The translations under genes were made by a program, and so were the position numbers. From Obrimoposthia wandeli (Eukaryota), in contig CDROCS010001117.1 of the NCBI GenBank assembly GCA_977020255.1, forward strand, positions 1 through 64,000: 64,000 nucleotides of DNA. Reading direction: 5' to 3'. The first letter of the stretch is position 1. The number at the start of each line of letters is the position of its first letter. Positions 22,864-34,235 of this stretch are shown one piece after another. The notes under the pieces were generated by a model, which was given only the letters and a program-made list of their open reading frames with translations, made no database searches and was not told the origin of the DNA.

Positions 22864-23124
22864 CTAGCTCAGCGCATTGCGCCAAAAAGAATCAGCAACC
22901 TCTCGGGGATCAGTGATTACGGTATAGTTACTTTTCAAATACAAAGCACGCTTTTTAGGATCCAAAATAGCATCGTAAGCTTCTTTAATTAATTGAAATT
23001 TTTCTTCAACTTCACTACCGCTGTTTTTATCTGGGTGATATTTATTAGCGAGTTTTCGATAGGCTTTTTTGATCTCGATGGTCGTCGCATCTCTACTTAA
23101 ACCTAACTGTTCAAAATGATCCAT
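22864..23124 (-). CDS. atcJ: Short J-domain co-chaperone, AtcJ-like
   Basis: 86 aa; KYHPDKN (HPD motif); C-terminal P-REVADSF-W is a PX7W motif; GAGG RBS. Confidence 0.85.
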   Translation of the reverse strand: MDHFEQLGLSRDATTIEIKKAYRKLANKYHPDKNSGSEVEEKFQLIKEAYDAILDPKKRALYLKSNYTVITDPREVADSFWRNALS

Positions 23125-23344
23125 ATATACAACTACCTCGTGTTGAAGTTTTACCTTAACAACATCATTAAATTTACTTATGGAACTAACTAAGGAGGGT
23201 AAACGTTAAACGTATTTTAAGCTAATCAAAACATTCTTGCTCACTTTTTTTAAATTAGCAAAAATGTTCGCTATCGCTGCTTCCATATATGAAAAGAGGA
23301 ACGAGCATTCCCCTTTCCATATCAGACTAACACGCAATGACTTA

Positions 23345-24679
23345 TTATTTGTTTATTGCCGCTGCCATTGATTGCTCGGCAACTTGCTCTAACCACTTAA
23401 GGTCAACTGTCTGGTGAGCCTCACAAATAAACCAAGGTTCACGTGAGTCTGGCTCTAACATAACGCCATTATCGATCAAGTTTAGGGCGAATTGAGTATA
23501 CAGATCGCTATTGGTTTGTTTCCAATCACGATAGTTTTGCGGTACTTTACTACCAAAATGTACACCAAACATTGCATCTGGGCCGGCAAAACAATGCTCA
23601 ACGCCAAACTTGGTAAACACCCGCGAAAGTAATGCTTGAATCTTTTGACCTACACTAGCGATAGTTTCAAGGGCATTCGTTTCTTTAAGCACGGTTAACG
23701 TGGCTTTGGCTGCACTTAAGGCAACCATATTTGCAGTATAAGTACCGCCGTGTGTAACCCCATCTTTAGCAAAAGAAATAGTATCCATTACTTCAGCTCG
23801 GCCACCAAAAGCAGCAACAGGGTAACCGTTACCCATGGCTTTAGCATAGGTGGTTAAATCGGCGAAAATACCATACAGCGCTTGTGCGCCGCCTTTGGCA
23901 ACACGAAAACCTGTTTTCACTTCATCCATGATCAACAATGAACCATTATTATCACAAACGTCACGTAATTTTTGCATATAAGCTTGAGTTGAAGCAATTG
24001 AGCCACAGTTGCCCATGATAGGTTCAATTAAGATTGCAGCAATGTCATCGCCATGATTTGCAAACACGGCATCTATAGCATCACAGTCATTCAATGGTAC
24101 GCTTACTTGATGTTCACGAGTACTTTGTGGAATTCCTCCACCAAAAGGCACGATATCTGGAACTTGTTGCGTGTTCACATCCCAGTTATCAACATCTGAT
24201 TTCCACATAACTTCATCGTGTAAACCATGAAAACCGCCTTCAACTACAACAATTTTATTTCGTTTGGTAAAACCACGTGCCGTGCGCACTGCACCAATAA
24301 CTGCCTCTGTTCCTGAGTTAGAAAAACGCATTTTATCGATATTAGGACAAAGTGATTTCACTAATTCAACGACATCAGAATCAAGACCGGTCGAAAAACC
24401 AGAAATAGTACCCACAGTAGTAATCGCGCTAATAACTTCGTTATCAATTCGTTCATCACGGTAGCCTAAAATAATTGGACCATAAGCTAAGCGAAAATCA
24501 ACGAAGGTTTGTTCGTCACAGTCAGTAATAGTGCAACCTTTCATACTACTTAAAAATACGGTATTTTCTTCCCCCCAATAACGGTAGCTATCAGCCACGC
24601 CTAACGGCATATTATCAATGGCTCTGGTAAACATAGCGTTGCTATTAGGTTTGTTTTTCTTGCTCATGGGGTTCTCCAT
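23345..24679 (-). CDS. Class III PLP aminotransferase, HemL/GSA-aminomutase-like
   Basis: FSNSGTEAV, ILIEPIMGN, MDEVKTGFR, YAKAMGNGYP and HGGTY motifs. N-terminus differs from the housekeeping HemL pattern. Confidence 0.85.
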   Translation of the reverse strand: MENPMSKKNKPNSNAMFTRAIDNMPLGVADSYRYWGEENTVFLSSMKGCTITDCDEQTFVDFRLAYGPIILGYRDERIDNEVISAITTVGTISGFSTGLDSDVVELVKSLCPNIDKMRFSNSGTEAVIGAVRTARGFTKRNKIVVVEGGFHGLHDEVMWKSDVDNWDVNTQQVPDIVPFGGGIPQSTREHQVSVPLNDCDAIDAVFANHGDDIAAILIEPIMGNCGSIASTQAYMQKLRDVCDNNGSLLIMDEVKTGFRVAKGGAQALYGIFADLTTYAKAMGNGYPVAAFGGRAEVMDTISFAKDGVTHGGTYTANMVALSAAKATLTVLKETNALETIASVGQKIQALLSRVFTKFGVEHCFAGPDAMFGVHFGSKVPQNYRDWKQTNSDLYTQFALNLIDNGVMLEPDSREPWFICEAHQTVDLKWLEQVAEQSMAAAINK

Positions 24680-24880
24680 CTTAATAAATAATTTTTAACA
24701 TTGTCTGTAAATTAAAGTGCGGTGGCTGTAAATTTAATAGCGGCAGCTTAATTGCGCAGATAATACAGCGCTAGTGCGATGACAGGAAGCGCTATGGGTA
24801 ATTTTTTGGGGATATTAGCACAAAAGTTCACCGTCGATGAACTAGCGTTATCAAAAACTGTTAATGCGTAGTAGAAGGTT

Positions 24881-25146
24881 TATACCAATCGTACTAATTT
24901 ATTGACCACTTAGCGAGAATTAAAAGGCTTAGAGGCAAGGCATTGATTGAAGAGAATGGTTATTCCCTTGTCAAAATCAATAACGCCGCATGTAAGCCTT
25001 TTAAACTCGCCCTTCGGGAGTTTCGTAGCAAACTGATAACATCACAAAATGAATGAAATATAGAATAACTATGTTTAACTCATTTTGTTTGTTCTAAGCT
25101 CGCTAATGTAGCTCTAAGCTGACCAATAAATTAGTCCGTTTGGTAT
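24881..25146. mobile_element. ERIC-like MITE, about 265 bp
   Basis: Ends TATACCAATCGTACTAATTTATTG / CAATAAATTAGTCCGTTTGGTAT. The right end abuts the TAA stop of the MarR gene. Confidence 0.8.
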
Positions 25147-25622
25147 TACTGTCCTTCTTGGATTTGTCCAACCACCAGTACTGGTGCAGCATCAAGTTCT
25201 TCAGCATCCATCATAGAAGCAATTCGCTCAACAGAGGATAATAGCTGACTTTGCTCCCAAGATTCTAGTGCTTGATAACGCTTGATGAAATGTTCTTGCA
25301 GCGGTTTTGGCGCACCTTGCAGTAGTGTTTCTCCGGCTGAAGAAAGGTATAGCTCTACTTTGCGCTTGTCTAACTGACTACGCTTACGCATAACCAATTC
25401 TTTTGCTTCCAAACGATCAATGATGCTGGTAACCGTTGCTGGGCTCAAATTAATTTCTTTAGCAACTTGTTTTGCCATGGGTGCATCTAACTGAGAAATT
25501 TTGGTCATTACCATGAGCTGAGGCCCAGTTAATCCTGACTCTTTATTCAGTTGTTTAGAGTGTATGCCAATCGCCCGGATCACTTGACGTAATGAAATTA
25601 AAAGCTGATCGTATTTTTCCAT
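25146..25622 (-). CDS. MarR-family regulator, CosR/EctR-like
   Basis: LRQVIRAIGIHSKQLNKESGLTGPQL and LSPATVTSIIDRLE...DKRKV; adjacent to osmolyte genes. Confidence 0.8.
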   Translation of the reverse strand: MEKYDQLLISLRQVIRAIGIHSKQLNKESGLTGPQLMVMTKISQLDAPMAKQVAKEINLSPATVTSIIDRLEAKELVMRKRSQLDKRKVELYLSSAGETLLQGAPKPLQEHFIKRYQALESWEQSQLLSSVERIASMMDAEELDAAPVLVVGQIQEGQ

Positions 25623-25675
25623 AATTATCTACTCATTTAGCCCCTGAACATTCAGGGGCTATCTAATAATGTAGA

Positions 25676-26395
25676 TTATAAACTAAATGTACGAGAAACC
25701 GATAGCACTACACGAGCATCAGCCGCATCATAATCCATATTAGTGTTTTCAAAGGCTAGATCAAAATCAAACCCTTTCCAACTTGTCATGTATTCAACAC
25801 GGTAATGATTGTAAGCATCTGTACCATCCCAAGCCCATTTAGCTTCATCAGCAGAGGTTGAACGGTCAAAAGTCACTTTAATATTATGTCCAGGTGCCAC
25901 TTCTACTGTATGAGCAATCATAGCGATATAGTGACTTACGTCTAAACCAAAATAATCCCAGCTGTACCAGAAGTTTAATTCACTATCACCCATAGATGAG
26001 CTGTAACCTAATTTTGCATAAGCTTCAGGGTAGTTGTATGTATCAGACGCAGAGTCACCATGATAGGTGTAATACGCAATACCTGTATCTAGACCAAATT
26101 TTTCATTAAGCTGAAAGTATTGTCCAACATAAGCATCCCATTCGATATTGGTGTCTTCACCTGAGCCAAAATCAACGTTTGAAGCCCAAGTTCCGGCATA
26201 AAATCCGCTATCTGCCGCATAATCCAAGCTCCCTTGTAACGCTGGATCATTATCTGTTTGGCTAACACCGTTGAACGTATAATCAGAAGCAAGGTTAACC
26301 GTTGCAGATACATCAGCTAAAGCTGAGGCAGAAAGAGTTAATAGACCAGTTGTTGCCGCTGCAATTAAAGTTTTATTCATTATTATTTTTCTCAT
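25676..26395 (-). CDS. TorF-family putative outer-membrane porin
   Basis: Signal peptide; SDYTFNGVSQT...PALQG...GFYAGTWASNVDF motif; terminal F. Confidence 0.85.
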   Translation of the reverse strand: MRKIIMNKTLIAAATTGLLTLSASALADVSATVNLASDYTFNGVSQTDNDPALQGSLDYAADSGFYAGTWASNVDFGSGEDTNIEWDAYVGQYFQLNEKFGLDTGIAYYTYHGDSASDTYNYPEAYAKLGYSSSMGDSELNFWYSWDYFGLDVSHYIAMIAHTVEVAPGHNIKVTFDRSTSADEAKWAWDGTDAYNHYRVEYMTSWKGFDFDLAFENTNMDYDAADARVVLSVSRTFSL

Positions 26396-26453
26396 TAAAT
26401 TTTTTATTTAGTATTTTTGACTTAGTGTTTTTGACTTAGTAATAGCAAACGAA

Positions 26454-27671
26454 CTAATTTATTAGTTCAATTTTATTAAAGTCGATTTTATTTTCTTTCG
26501 GTGAACACTCTATCTCGCTGACCACTTTAAATTTGGTCAATAAGATATAACCAAAACAAGTGAAGAACAGTCCGATAACTACGGCGCCAACCCATTGAAT
26601 TTGTAAGAAGTCCAATTTAAATAACAACGTAAGTAAGCTCAGCGCAATGATATTGCCCAAAAAGTATTTAACTTTTCCTACGCGGTCGACACTCAAATTC
26701 AAGTTATCGGTATATAAACGAATCAATGAATCAAGTGAGTTGATCACAAAGGTAACCCCAACAATAGCCATCATTATGTTATAGAAACCAGCGGTTTCCA
26801 GACCGTTAACACTGTAGTAATACAACACAGCAAACCATATCGCGATTGGAATAGACGGGAATATCAACATCGCGCCCAACACTTGATAAGTACGTAAACC
26901 ACCAACAAAACGGGCAGTAAACTGGCCAATCATAATGCTCCATGCAAACCACCAGTAAAGGTAAAACTCATGGTAATCATTTAATGGCAGAACAAATTCG
27001 TGGATATTACCAAAGTAGCCGCCAAGTAAGGCAATCGTACTGGCAAATTCGCCGATACTTGAACCTTCTGAAAGAAAAGCACCACCCCACATCAGGGCAA
27101 TCAATCCAATAAACAACCAAGTAGTCGCGAGGCTTAGCAAACGTACATAACGTATGCTGGTACTAGAATAGACCGCTGCAGCAATTACCAAGAAAACAAT
27201 CAGATAGAAACTACCAATAATTGATTCACCATCGCCAAGCTCAGGTACATACCACGGCAAGTTGGTTAGCAATAAATACGCGGTAAAGGCACAGGTTCCT
27301 ATGATGACAACATTGTTAATCAGCTTAACCAAAGGCAATTGAAAAAATTGCACGCGTGGCTCAATAACACAGAAGTAAAAACAAGTTAGAAAGTAGAAAC
27401 CCCAGATAAGAAACGCCCAGAAACCAAATTCAATAGATAAGGCATTAGTGAAGCTGTATTCAGGACTTGCCACTAAATCAGCATAACCTGCAAATTCCGT
27501 TAACGGGAACATGATAAGTCCAACATCAAGACCTGATGTGAACAATATAGCGATAAAGGTAAATGTTTTAACCGGCGTCACACCAACACAGCGAATATTT
27601 CCCCAGCGATATAACACAAAAGCAATGGCAGCAAAGGTAAATAAGATCCCTGCAGATAACCAAGCGGTCAT
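26454..27671 (-). CDS. BCCT-family (choline/betaine) transporter, short form
   Basis: LFTSGLDVGL, YWWFAWSIMIGQFTARF; many TM helices; located in the bet operon. Confidence 0.85.
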   Translation of the reverse strand: MTAWLSAGILFTFAAIAFVLYRWGNIRCVGVTPVKTFTFIAILFTSGLDVGLIMFPLTEFAGYADLVASPEYSFTNALSIEFGFWAFLIWGFYFLTCFYFCVIEPRVQFFQLPLVKLINNVVIIGTCAFTAYLLLTNLPWYVPELGDGESIIGSFYLIVFLVIAAAVYSSTSIRYVRLLSLATTWLFIGLIALMWGGAFLSEGSSIGEFASTIALLGGYFGNIHEFVLPLNDYHEFYLYWWFAWSIMIGQFTARFVGGLRTYQVLGAMLIFPSIPIAIWFAVLYYYSVNGLETAGFYNIMMAIVGVTFVINSLDSLIRLYTDNLNLSVDRVGKVKYFLGNIIALSLLTLLFKLDFLQIQWVGAVVIGLFFTCFGYILLTKFKVVSEIECSPKENKIDFNKIELIN

Positions 27672-27902
27672 AACTGACCACCAATGATGATTTTAATAAA
27701 TGTAAACACGTATTACTCCTCTTTCTTTTTATAGTTAGAGCACCCGTATTACCTAAGTAAAATGAAGCGAATTAAATAATTTTTAAGTTAATCCACTTGA
27801 TCTTACGTAGGTTTCAAATTTCAATTGTCGCAGCCATGATTAGTATCATGACGGCGATAATTAATGCCTGATGGAACCTCACGATTACACGATTAAATTT
27901 CG

Positions 27903-29630
27903 TTATTTTAAGCAAATACTACTCAACAAAAGTAAAGCGCTTTTATACAGCGTTTCTTTTTTTGGTTCGTTAGCACGTTGTTGCTGCTGCCAGTTAGGCG
28001 CAATGCTCACAGCAGCCTGAGATGGTGGTAATGTTTCACGACCTCGAATAAGATCAGCGGCACGTTCAGCAACCATTATTGTCGGTGCATTAAGGTTACC
28101 ATTTGGAATAGTTGGAAATATTGAAGAGTCAACAACCCGCAAACCTTTAATACCGTGTACTTTCGTTTGTGCGTCAACAACAGCCATTTCATCTGTGCCC
28201 ATTTTGCATGAGCACGAAGGATGATAGGCACTTTCAACAAATTGGCGAACAAAGGCATCAATTTCTTCATCGCTTTGCACACCAATACCCGGCTGAATTT
28301 CTTCACCACGATACTCATCGAGCGCGCTTTGGTTGATAATTTCTCGAGTTAAACGCACACAGGCACGGAAACCTTCACGATCTTCTTCGTGTTCAAGGTA
28401 ATTAAAACGTATTTGAGGATGTGCTTTAGGATCGTTTGATATCGCTTTAATAGAACCGCGACTTTTTGGTTTGTTATGGCCAATATGAACTTGAAACCCA
28501 TGACCAGCAAAGGCTTCTTTACCATCGTAACGCATTGCTGCAGGTAAAAAATGGTATTGTAAATCAGGCCATTCAACATTAGCTTTAGAACGAATAAAAC
28601 CACAAGATTCAAAGTGATTGGTAGCGCCTAGTCCTTTTTTAGTGAAGAACCAACGGCTGCCAATTAAAAACTTGTTCCATAACCCTAGTTGGCCATTGAG
28701 TGATATTGGTTTTTTACATTTGAATTGGAAGTAAAATTCTAAATGATCTTGTAAGTTTTGACCTACGCCAGGCAAGTCGTGCTGTACTTCAATGCCAGCT
28801 TCTTCCAAATCTTTTTTAGCACCGATACCTGAGAGTTGTAAAAGGTGTGGTGAGCCAACAGGACCGGCTGATAAAATGACATCTTTCTCAACACTTACAT
28901 CGAAAACTTGTCCTTTGCGTTCATAGCGTACGCCAACAGTTTTTTTGCCTTCTAACAATACTTTATGTACTAGAGCATGGGTTATTACTGTTAAATTACT
29001 GCGCGCCATTGCTGGGCGAAGATAAGCATTAGCAGTAGAACAGCGCACACCGTTTTTCACGGTCATGTGCATCGGGCCAAAACCTTCCTGTGCTGCAGCA
29101 TTATAATCGTCAGTTGCAAAGTAACCGGCTTCAACTCCTGCATCAACGAATGCTTGATACAAAGGGTTTTTCATTTCATTGCCGTTATTGACGCCTAATG
29201 GTCCACTTTTACCTCGGTATTCGTTACCATCAAAAGCCCAGGTTTCAGCTTTTTTAAAATACGGTAAACAATGGGCGTAATCCCAGTTTTGAGCTCCACT
29301 TTGCTGCCATTCATCAAAATCTCTAGCATGCCCGCGAACATAAACCATGCCGTTAATTGATGATGAGCCACCTAATACTTTACCTCTAGGGCAATGCATA
29401 CGGCGATCATCAAGAAATGGTTCTGGTTGGGTTTCAAACTGCCAAGCGTATTTTTTGGTATTCATCGGAATTGACAGTGCTGTTGGCATCTGAATAAAAA
29501 TACTTTTATCACTGCCACCGGTTTCAAGTAACAATACCCGATTATTACTATCTTCACTTAAACGGTTAGCCAGTACACAGCCTGCAGAGCCCGCACCAAC
29601 AATAATGTAATCAAATTTTTCGCTTTTCAT
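27903..29630 (-). CDS. betA: Choline dehydrogenase
   Basis: [20 protein letters not shown] and [14 protein letters not shown]-oxidoreductase motifs. Confidence 0.96.
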   Translation of the reverse strand: MKSEKFDYIIVGAGSAGCVLANRLSEDSNNRVLLLETGGSDKSIFIQMPTALSIPMNTKKYAWQFETQPEPFLDDRRMHCPRGKVLGGSSSINGMVYVRGHARDFDEWQQSGAQNWDYAHCLPYFKKAETWAFDGNEYRGKSGPLGVNNGNEMKNPLYQAFVDAGVEAGYFATDDYNAAAQEGFGPMHMTVKNGVRCSTANAYLRPAMARSNLTVITHALVHKVLLEGKKTVGVRYERKGQVFDVSVEKDVILSAGPVGSPHLLQLSGIGAKKDLEEAGIEVQHDLPGVGQNLQDHLEFYFQFKCKKPISLNGQLGLWNKFLIGSRWFFTKKGLGATNHFESCGFIRSKANVEWPDLQYHFLPAAMRYDGKEAFAGHGFQVHIGHNKPKSRGSIKAISNDPKAHPQIRFNYLEHEEDREGFRACVRLTREIINQSALDEYRGEEIQPGIGVQSDEEIDAFVRQFVESAYHPSCSCKMGTDEMAVVDAQTKVHGIKGLRVVDSSIFPTIPNGNLNAPTIMVAERAADLIRGRETLPPSQAAVSIAPNWQQQQRANEPKKETLYKSALLLLSSICLK

Positions 29631-29770
29631 GTAAAACTCTTATCTGTTACTTATTTACTATTTATTACCACTTATCAGACACTTGTATTGCTACTATTAT
29701 TGCTAGCAATACAGATTTCTAAACGATTAAGTGTTTCGAAAGTGTGTCTAATAAACTGAGAAAATATCTT

Positions 29771-31234
29771 TTAAAAAGGACTTTCAAGTGGCTGAAGACC
29801 AACATATACAGATTTAATTTGAGTGTAATGGTTTAGTGTAACTAAGCCATTTTCACGTCCAATACCTGATTGTTTATAACCGCCAACAGGCATTTGCGCT
29901 GGTGATGCGCCAAAGCTATTGATCCAGCAAATTCCAGCTTCCATTTTATGGATAACACGGTGAGCGCAATTAATATCTTGCGTGAATACAGCCGCTGCTA
30001 GCCCATACTCGGTAGCATTGGCTCTAGCAATCACTTCATCTTCATCAATAAATATCAGTACTGACATCACAGGCCCAAAAATCTCTTCACGGCAAATTGT
30101 CATGTCATCAGTACAATCGGTAAAAATAGTTGGCGCAATAAAATAGCCATTGGGTGCATTGTCTGGCTGCAGTGATGTGCCGCCATGAAGTAACGTCGCG
30201 CCTTCTTTAATACCTACTTTGATATAATCTGATACCAAATCAAAATGCTTTTTCGAGATAAGTGCACCAAAATTAGTCTCGGGATCCATAGGATCACCAA
30301 CAATAATGTTTTGGCGAGTACGTTCGAGTAATTTCTCAATAAATTTTGGGTATGCAGATTCTTGAACGAATACGCGTGTGCCATTGGTGCAAACTTCACC
30401 TTGAGTATAAAAGTTACCTAACATGGCAGCAGAAACGGCATTGTCGATATCTGCATCATCAAAAATGATCAATGGTGATTTTCCACCAAGTTCCATAGTG
30501 ACATCTTTAAGTGTTGTAGCAGCACCCGCCATTACTTTCTTGCCTGTACCCACTTCACCGGTAAAAGAAACTTTAGCAATATCTGGGTGATGGCTTAACC
30601 AAGAACCCACTTCGCCTGCACCTTGAACAACATTAAATACGCCGTCAGGAATACCTGCTTCAGTGAAAATTTCAGCGAGTTTTAATGCCCCTAACGGTGT
30701 TTCTTCTGATGGTTTAAAAATCATCGAATTACCACACGCTAATGCAGGTGCTGCTTTCCAACAAGCTATCTGTAGTGGATAGTTCCACGCACCAATACCA
30801 GCGCAAATACCTAGTGCTTCACGACGAGTATAATAAAAATCACCATCAACTTGCTGTTGATTACCTTCAATTCCAGGAGCCAAACCAGCAAAAAATTCGA
30901 TAGAATCAGCACCTGATTCAACATCAACTACTGAGGCTTCTTGCCATGGTTTACCGGTATCAAGTACTTCAATTTTTGCGAGTTCATCATTACGCTCGCG
31001 TAACAAAGCTACTGCTTTGAGTAAAATTCGGCTGCGCTGTATAGCGCTCATTGCTGACCAAGTAGCAAAACCACGCTGGGCACTTGCTATCGCTGCTTGT
31101 TTAACTTGTTCATCGGCGACTTCAACCTGATAGATTACTTTTCCCGTTGCTGGGTTAATCACATCGAATGTTTCACCACTGTCGTTTGCCATGTAGGCAC
31201 CATCGACAAAATTTCTATAACGTACTAATGACAA
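29771..31234 (-). CDS. betB: Betaine aldehyde dehydrogenase
   Basis: [23 protein letters not shown] and EEIFGPV motifs. Confidence 0.96.
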   Translation of the reverse strand: MSLVRYRNFVDGAYMANDSGETFDVINPATGKVIYQVEVADEQVKQAAIASAQRGFATWSAMSAIQRSRILLKAVALLRERNDELAKIEVLDTGKPWQEASVVDVESGADSIEFFAGLAPGIEGNQQQVDGDFYYTRREALGICAGIGAWNYPLQIACWKAAPALACGNSMIFKPSEETPLGALKLAEIFTEAGIPDGVFNVVQGAGEVGSWLSHHPDIAKVSFTGEVGTGKKVMAGAATTLKDVTMELGGKSPLIIFDDADIDNAVSAAMLGNFYTQGEVCTNGTRVFVQESAYPKFIEKLLERTRQNIIVGDPMDPETNFGALISKKHFDLVSDYIKVGIKEGATLLHGGTSLQPDNAPNGYFIAPTIFTDCTDDMTICREEIFGPVMSVLIFIDEDEVIARANATEYGLAAAVFTQDINCAHRVIHKMEAGICWINSFGASPAQMPVGGYKQSGIGRENGLVTLNHYTQIKSVYVGLQPLESPF

Positions 31235-31830
31235 TTGACATCTCCGGACTGCTTAAGCAGATCGTCTATAAATTTTTTACATAATTGTTCGGCCTGTTTA
31301 AATTCTTCTTCAGGCCTTGGACTTAAAGCGCTTCGCAACCAAAAACCATCAATCATCGCAGCGGTCTGTTTAGAGGCTATTACTGCGAGGTCATCAGTTA
31401 ACAACTGACGGAAAGAAAAAAGTAAGTTGCTGTATAAGCGCTTGCTGTTGATATGTTGCAGGCGAGCCAATCCGGGCTGATGCATTGACTGCGCCCAGAA
31501 GCTAAGCCAGGTTTTTGTTGCCGGCGCTGAACGTTGCAATTGGGTAAAGTTTGCCTCAATGATCATTTCAAGTCGTTCGGTCGCAGTAAGCTTCTGCTGA
31601 CCGATACGATCAAGCAGTGCTGATTTCAATTGATCCAGCAAATGTTTAACTGTTGCTTCGACTAATTCCTGCTTACCACCAAAATAATGACTAATGATCC
31701 CGGACGATAAGCCGGCAATCCTACTAATGGTAATAATCGTGGTGTTTTGTAAACCATATTGCGCCACCGATTCCAAAGTAGCGTTGATTAATTGTTGTTT
31801 ACGTACGGGTTTCATTCCAACTTTTGGCAC
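31225..31830 (-). CDS. betI: BetI transcriptional repressor
   Basis: [29 protein letters not shown] and IDGFWLR motifs. Confidence 0.96.
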   Translation of the reverse strand: MPKVGMKPVRKQQLINATLESVAQYGLQNTTIITISRIAGLSSGIISHYFGGKQELVEATVKHLLDQLKSALLDRIGQQKLTATERLEMIIEANFTQLQRSAPATKTWLSFWAQSMHQPGLARLQHINSKRLYSNLLFSFRQLLTDDLAVIASKQTAAMIDGFWLRSALSPRPEEEFKQAEQLCKKFIDDLLKQSGDVNCH

Positions 31831-31848
31831 AAACTTCTCAAAATTATT

Positions 31849-31868
31849 TTAATTGAACGTTCAATTAA
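31849..31868. promoter_or_regulatory. BetI operator
   Basis: Perfect palindrome TTAATTGAACGTTCAATTAA 18 nt upstream of betI, matching the ATTGAACGTnCAAT BetI box. Confidence 0.88.
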
Positions 31869-32315
31869 TTATAATTGTAATAGTTTGAACAGAAATTATC
31901 AAGCCACTATTAACGTAGTACTAAATACGTACTAATCAGTGCTAAATTGGTATTAGTTGAGATTAGTTAGCAATAATTGAGACTTGTTGAGCAAAATCCG
32001 ATGGATATCGTAAAAATAGATAAACAATTATAAGTTCGTACACTAACTATATTAAGAATATTAGTTAGCTATAAAAGTACTGTGAAAACTAATTTCGTTA
32101 AGATTAGGTGCGATATCCTGTTGAGCAATTAACAGGCGTAAAGTTAGACTGTTTTCTTGCTTGCTGTATCAACAAAAAGGGCAAGATATAAAATTTTTGA
32201 TAAAATCTTTTATATTTCAACTATATGTTAACTAAAGGTTAATGTTATCATTTAAGCTATCAAGCTTTTTGGCATTCATTTATTTCCACATGATAAATCT
32301 ATTTAGGAGAAGGAT

Positions 32316-32549
32316 TTGATTACGCTCATCAGAATCTGTTGTGCCATGTTAAGTTTATGCGTTTTGAATGTTTATGCCTTGGCAGAAAAGAGTGGCAATC
32401 ATCCAAAAGAATTAACTTTAGCAACAACGAGATGGTGTCCTTATACCTGTTTTGATGAAAGCAAAAAGTTTGGTATTGTCGGTTTATATATAAGAAAAAT
32501 TATTGCTTCGCATAACATCACTCTTTCAATTGCTATGGCAGCTCATTAG
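32316..32549 (+). pseudogene. Truncated N-terminus of an extracellular solute-binding (family 3-like) protein
   Basis: Signal peptide followed by LTLATTRWCPYTC...GIVG, then an early stop at 77 aa. Confidence 0.6.
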
Positions 32550-32736
32550 TTAAATACAAGGTTAAATTTCAATGAGAGTTTTTGTGTTAAAAAGAAGACA
32601 TATCAATTGAATCATATAAAAAGAATCTATTACTGATATAAATCAAGACATATAAGCTATTGCTGTGTTCAACTTCATCACACCATTTTAGTAAATTATT
32701 TTGTCTTTCAACTGAGACAATCAAGTGTGAAATCTT

Positions 32737-33195
32737 ATGAATAAAACAGCAAAAATCTTATTGTTAATCTTAGCCGCCTTCTTTTTATTTCTCGGTATAA
32801 AGAGTTCACAACACTCAAAATCGTATGCTGAATTAACAGATATTCAAACAATTAAAGGCACTATATTTCAATTACATTGTCCGCCAAAAGGCGCCGCTTC
32901 ATTAAGTATTGCTGATTCTGATCTTACTTATAATTTATCGGTTAAATTTAGGAGTGATTATTGTGATGAAAAAAAATCTCCTGTGCTTATAGGTAAAGAA
33001 GTCACCATGCAATCGGTACAAGTAAATGGAAAATTTCATCAAGTTTATCAAATAGAGAACAATGGCCGGGTAATTCTTCGTCCTGATGATGTATTGTCAG
33101 ATCAAACAAGTGCCACATTAGGTTTATTTTTCTTAGCCTTTTTATTGATTGCTTTAGTCCTTTATAAAAGCCGTCCAGTCAGAAAAAATACTTAA
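32737..33195 (+). CDS. Hypothetical membrane protein (N- and C-terminal TM helices)
   Basis: Clean 152-aa ORF with two hydrophobic segments. Confidence 0.7.
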   Translation: MNKTAKILLLILAAFFLFLGIKSSQHSKSYAELTDIQTIKGTIFQLHCPPKGAASLSIADSDLTYNLSVKFRSDYCDEKKSPVLIGKEVTMQSVQVNGKFHQVYQIENNGRVILRPDDVLSDQTSATLGLFFLAFLLIALVLYKSRPVRKNT

Positions 33196-33430
33196 TACTT
33201 AGCTCAATTTATTTGAGCTTTTTCTCTTTTTGGCACTTTATCAAAGTGCCAAAGGTAGACGACAACATACTCAATAAAAATGATTCTTCATATTTACCGC
33301 TGAAATATGTTCTCTGATACTTGAGATTTCAGACTTGAGAGCTGATAACATTCACTTTAGCAATTCGTATTACAACTTGAAAAGTTAGAATACTTTCACC
33401 AAATTGAATTAAAACCATAAGATATTTTAT

Positions 33431-34090
33431 ATGAACACTATGAAAAAGATCATCGCTAGCCTTTTTTTAACAATGACACTAACTGCCTGTTGTGGCAGTG
33501 ATGATGCAGTAAAAAAAACAAATAAGTTGATCACTAAGCAAGCTATAGATAAAACAGATCCTGCTTGGAAAACCAAGTTAAGTCAGCCGCCATTACTTAC
33601 TTTTGCCCCAGGTAAAGATTATTTTTGGGAGCTGCAAACAAACCAAGGTAATATCACCATTAAGCTTTTAGCAGATACAGCACCGATGCATGTTTCTAGC
33701 ACAATTTACTTAACTAAACTTGGTTTCTATGATGACTTAACTTTCCATCGTGTTATTCCTGGTTTTATGGCACAAGGCGGTGACCCTACAGGAACTGGTG
33801 CAGGTAATCCTGGTTATAAGTATGATGGCGAATTTGAAGGTGAAATAGGTCATAGCGAAGCGGGAACGTTAAGCATGGCAAATGCTGGTCCCGGCACTGA
33901 TGGCAGTCAATTTTTCTTAACTTTTATACCGACACCTTTTTTAGATGGTAAACATACTGTTTTTGGTAAAGTAGTCGCAGATGCAGAAAACAGCTTAGCT
34001 AAAATTGAAGCGTTAGGTAGCCGAAATGGAAGAACCATGGAAGCGGTTAAAATTAATAAAGCATTGATTCGTATAGCCAACAAAAAATAG
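33431..34090 (+). CDS. Cyclophilin-type peptidyl-prolyl isomerase, probable lipoprotein
   Basis: [31 protein letters not shown] and LDGKHTVFG motifs; LTAC lipobox. Confidence 0.94.
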   Translation: MNTMKKIIASLFLTMTLTACCGSDDAVKKTNKLITKQAIDKTDPAWKTKLSQPPLLTFAPGKDYFWELQTNQGNITIKLLADTAPMHVSSTIYLTKLGFYDDLTFHRVIPGFMAQGGDPTGTGAGNPGYKYDGEFEGEIGHSEAGTLSMANAGPGTDGSQFFLTFIPTPFLDGKHTVFGKVVADAENSLAKIEALGSRNGRTMEAVKINKALIRIANKK

Positions 34091-34235
34091 ACTAGGTTAA
34101 GTGATTAGTATTCACCTGGACGTTAGATTCAGTATAAAGAGACATCATCAGTTTTAGATAACAGCCAGACCTGCCGATAATCATCTATGAAAAGCGGCAG
34201 TTTTAGTGCAGTTGCGTCGAATTGTCTTAATTCGC

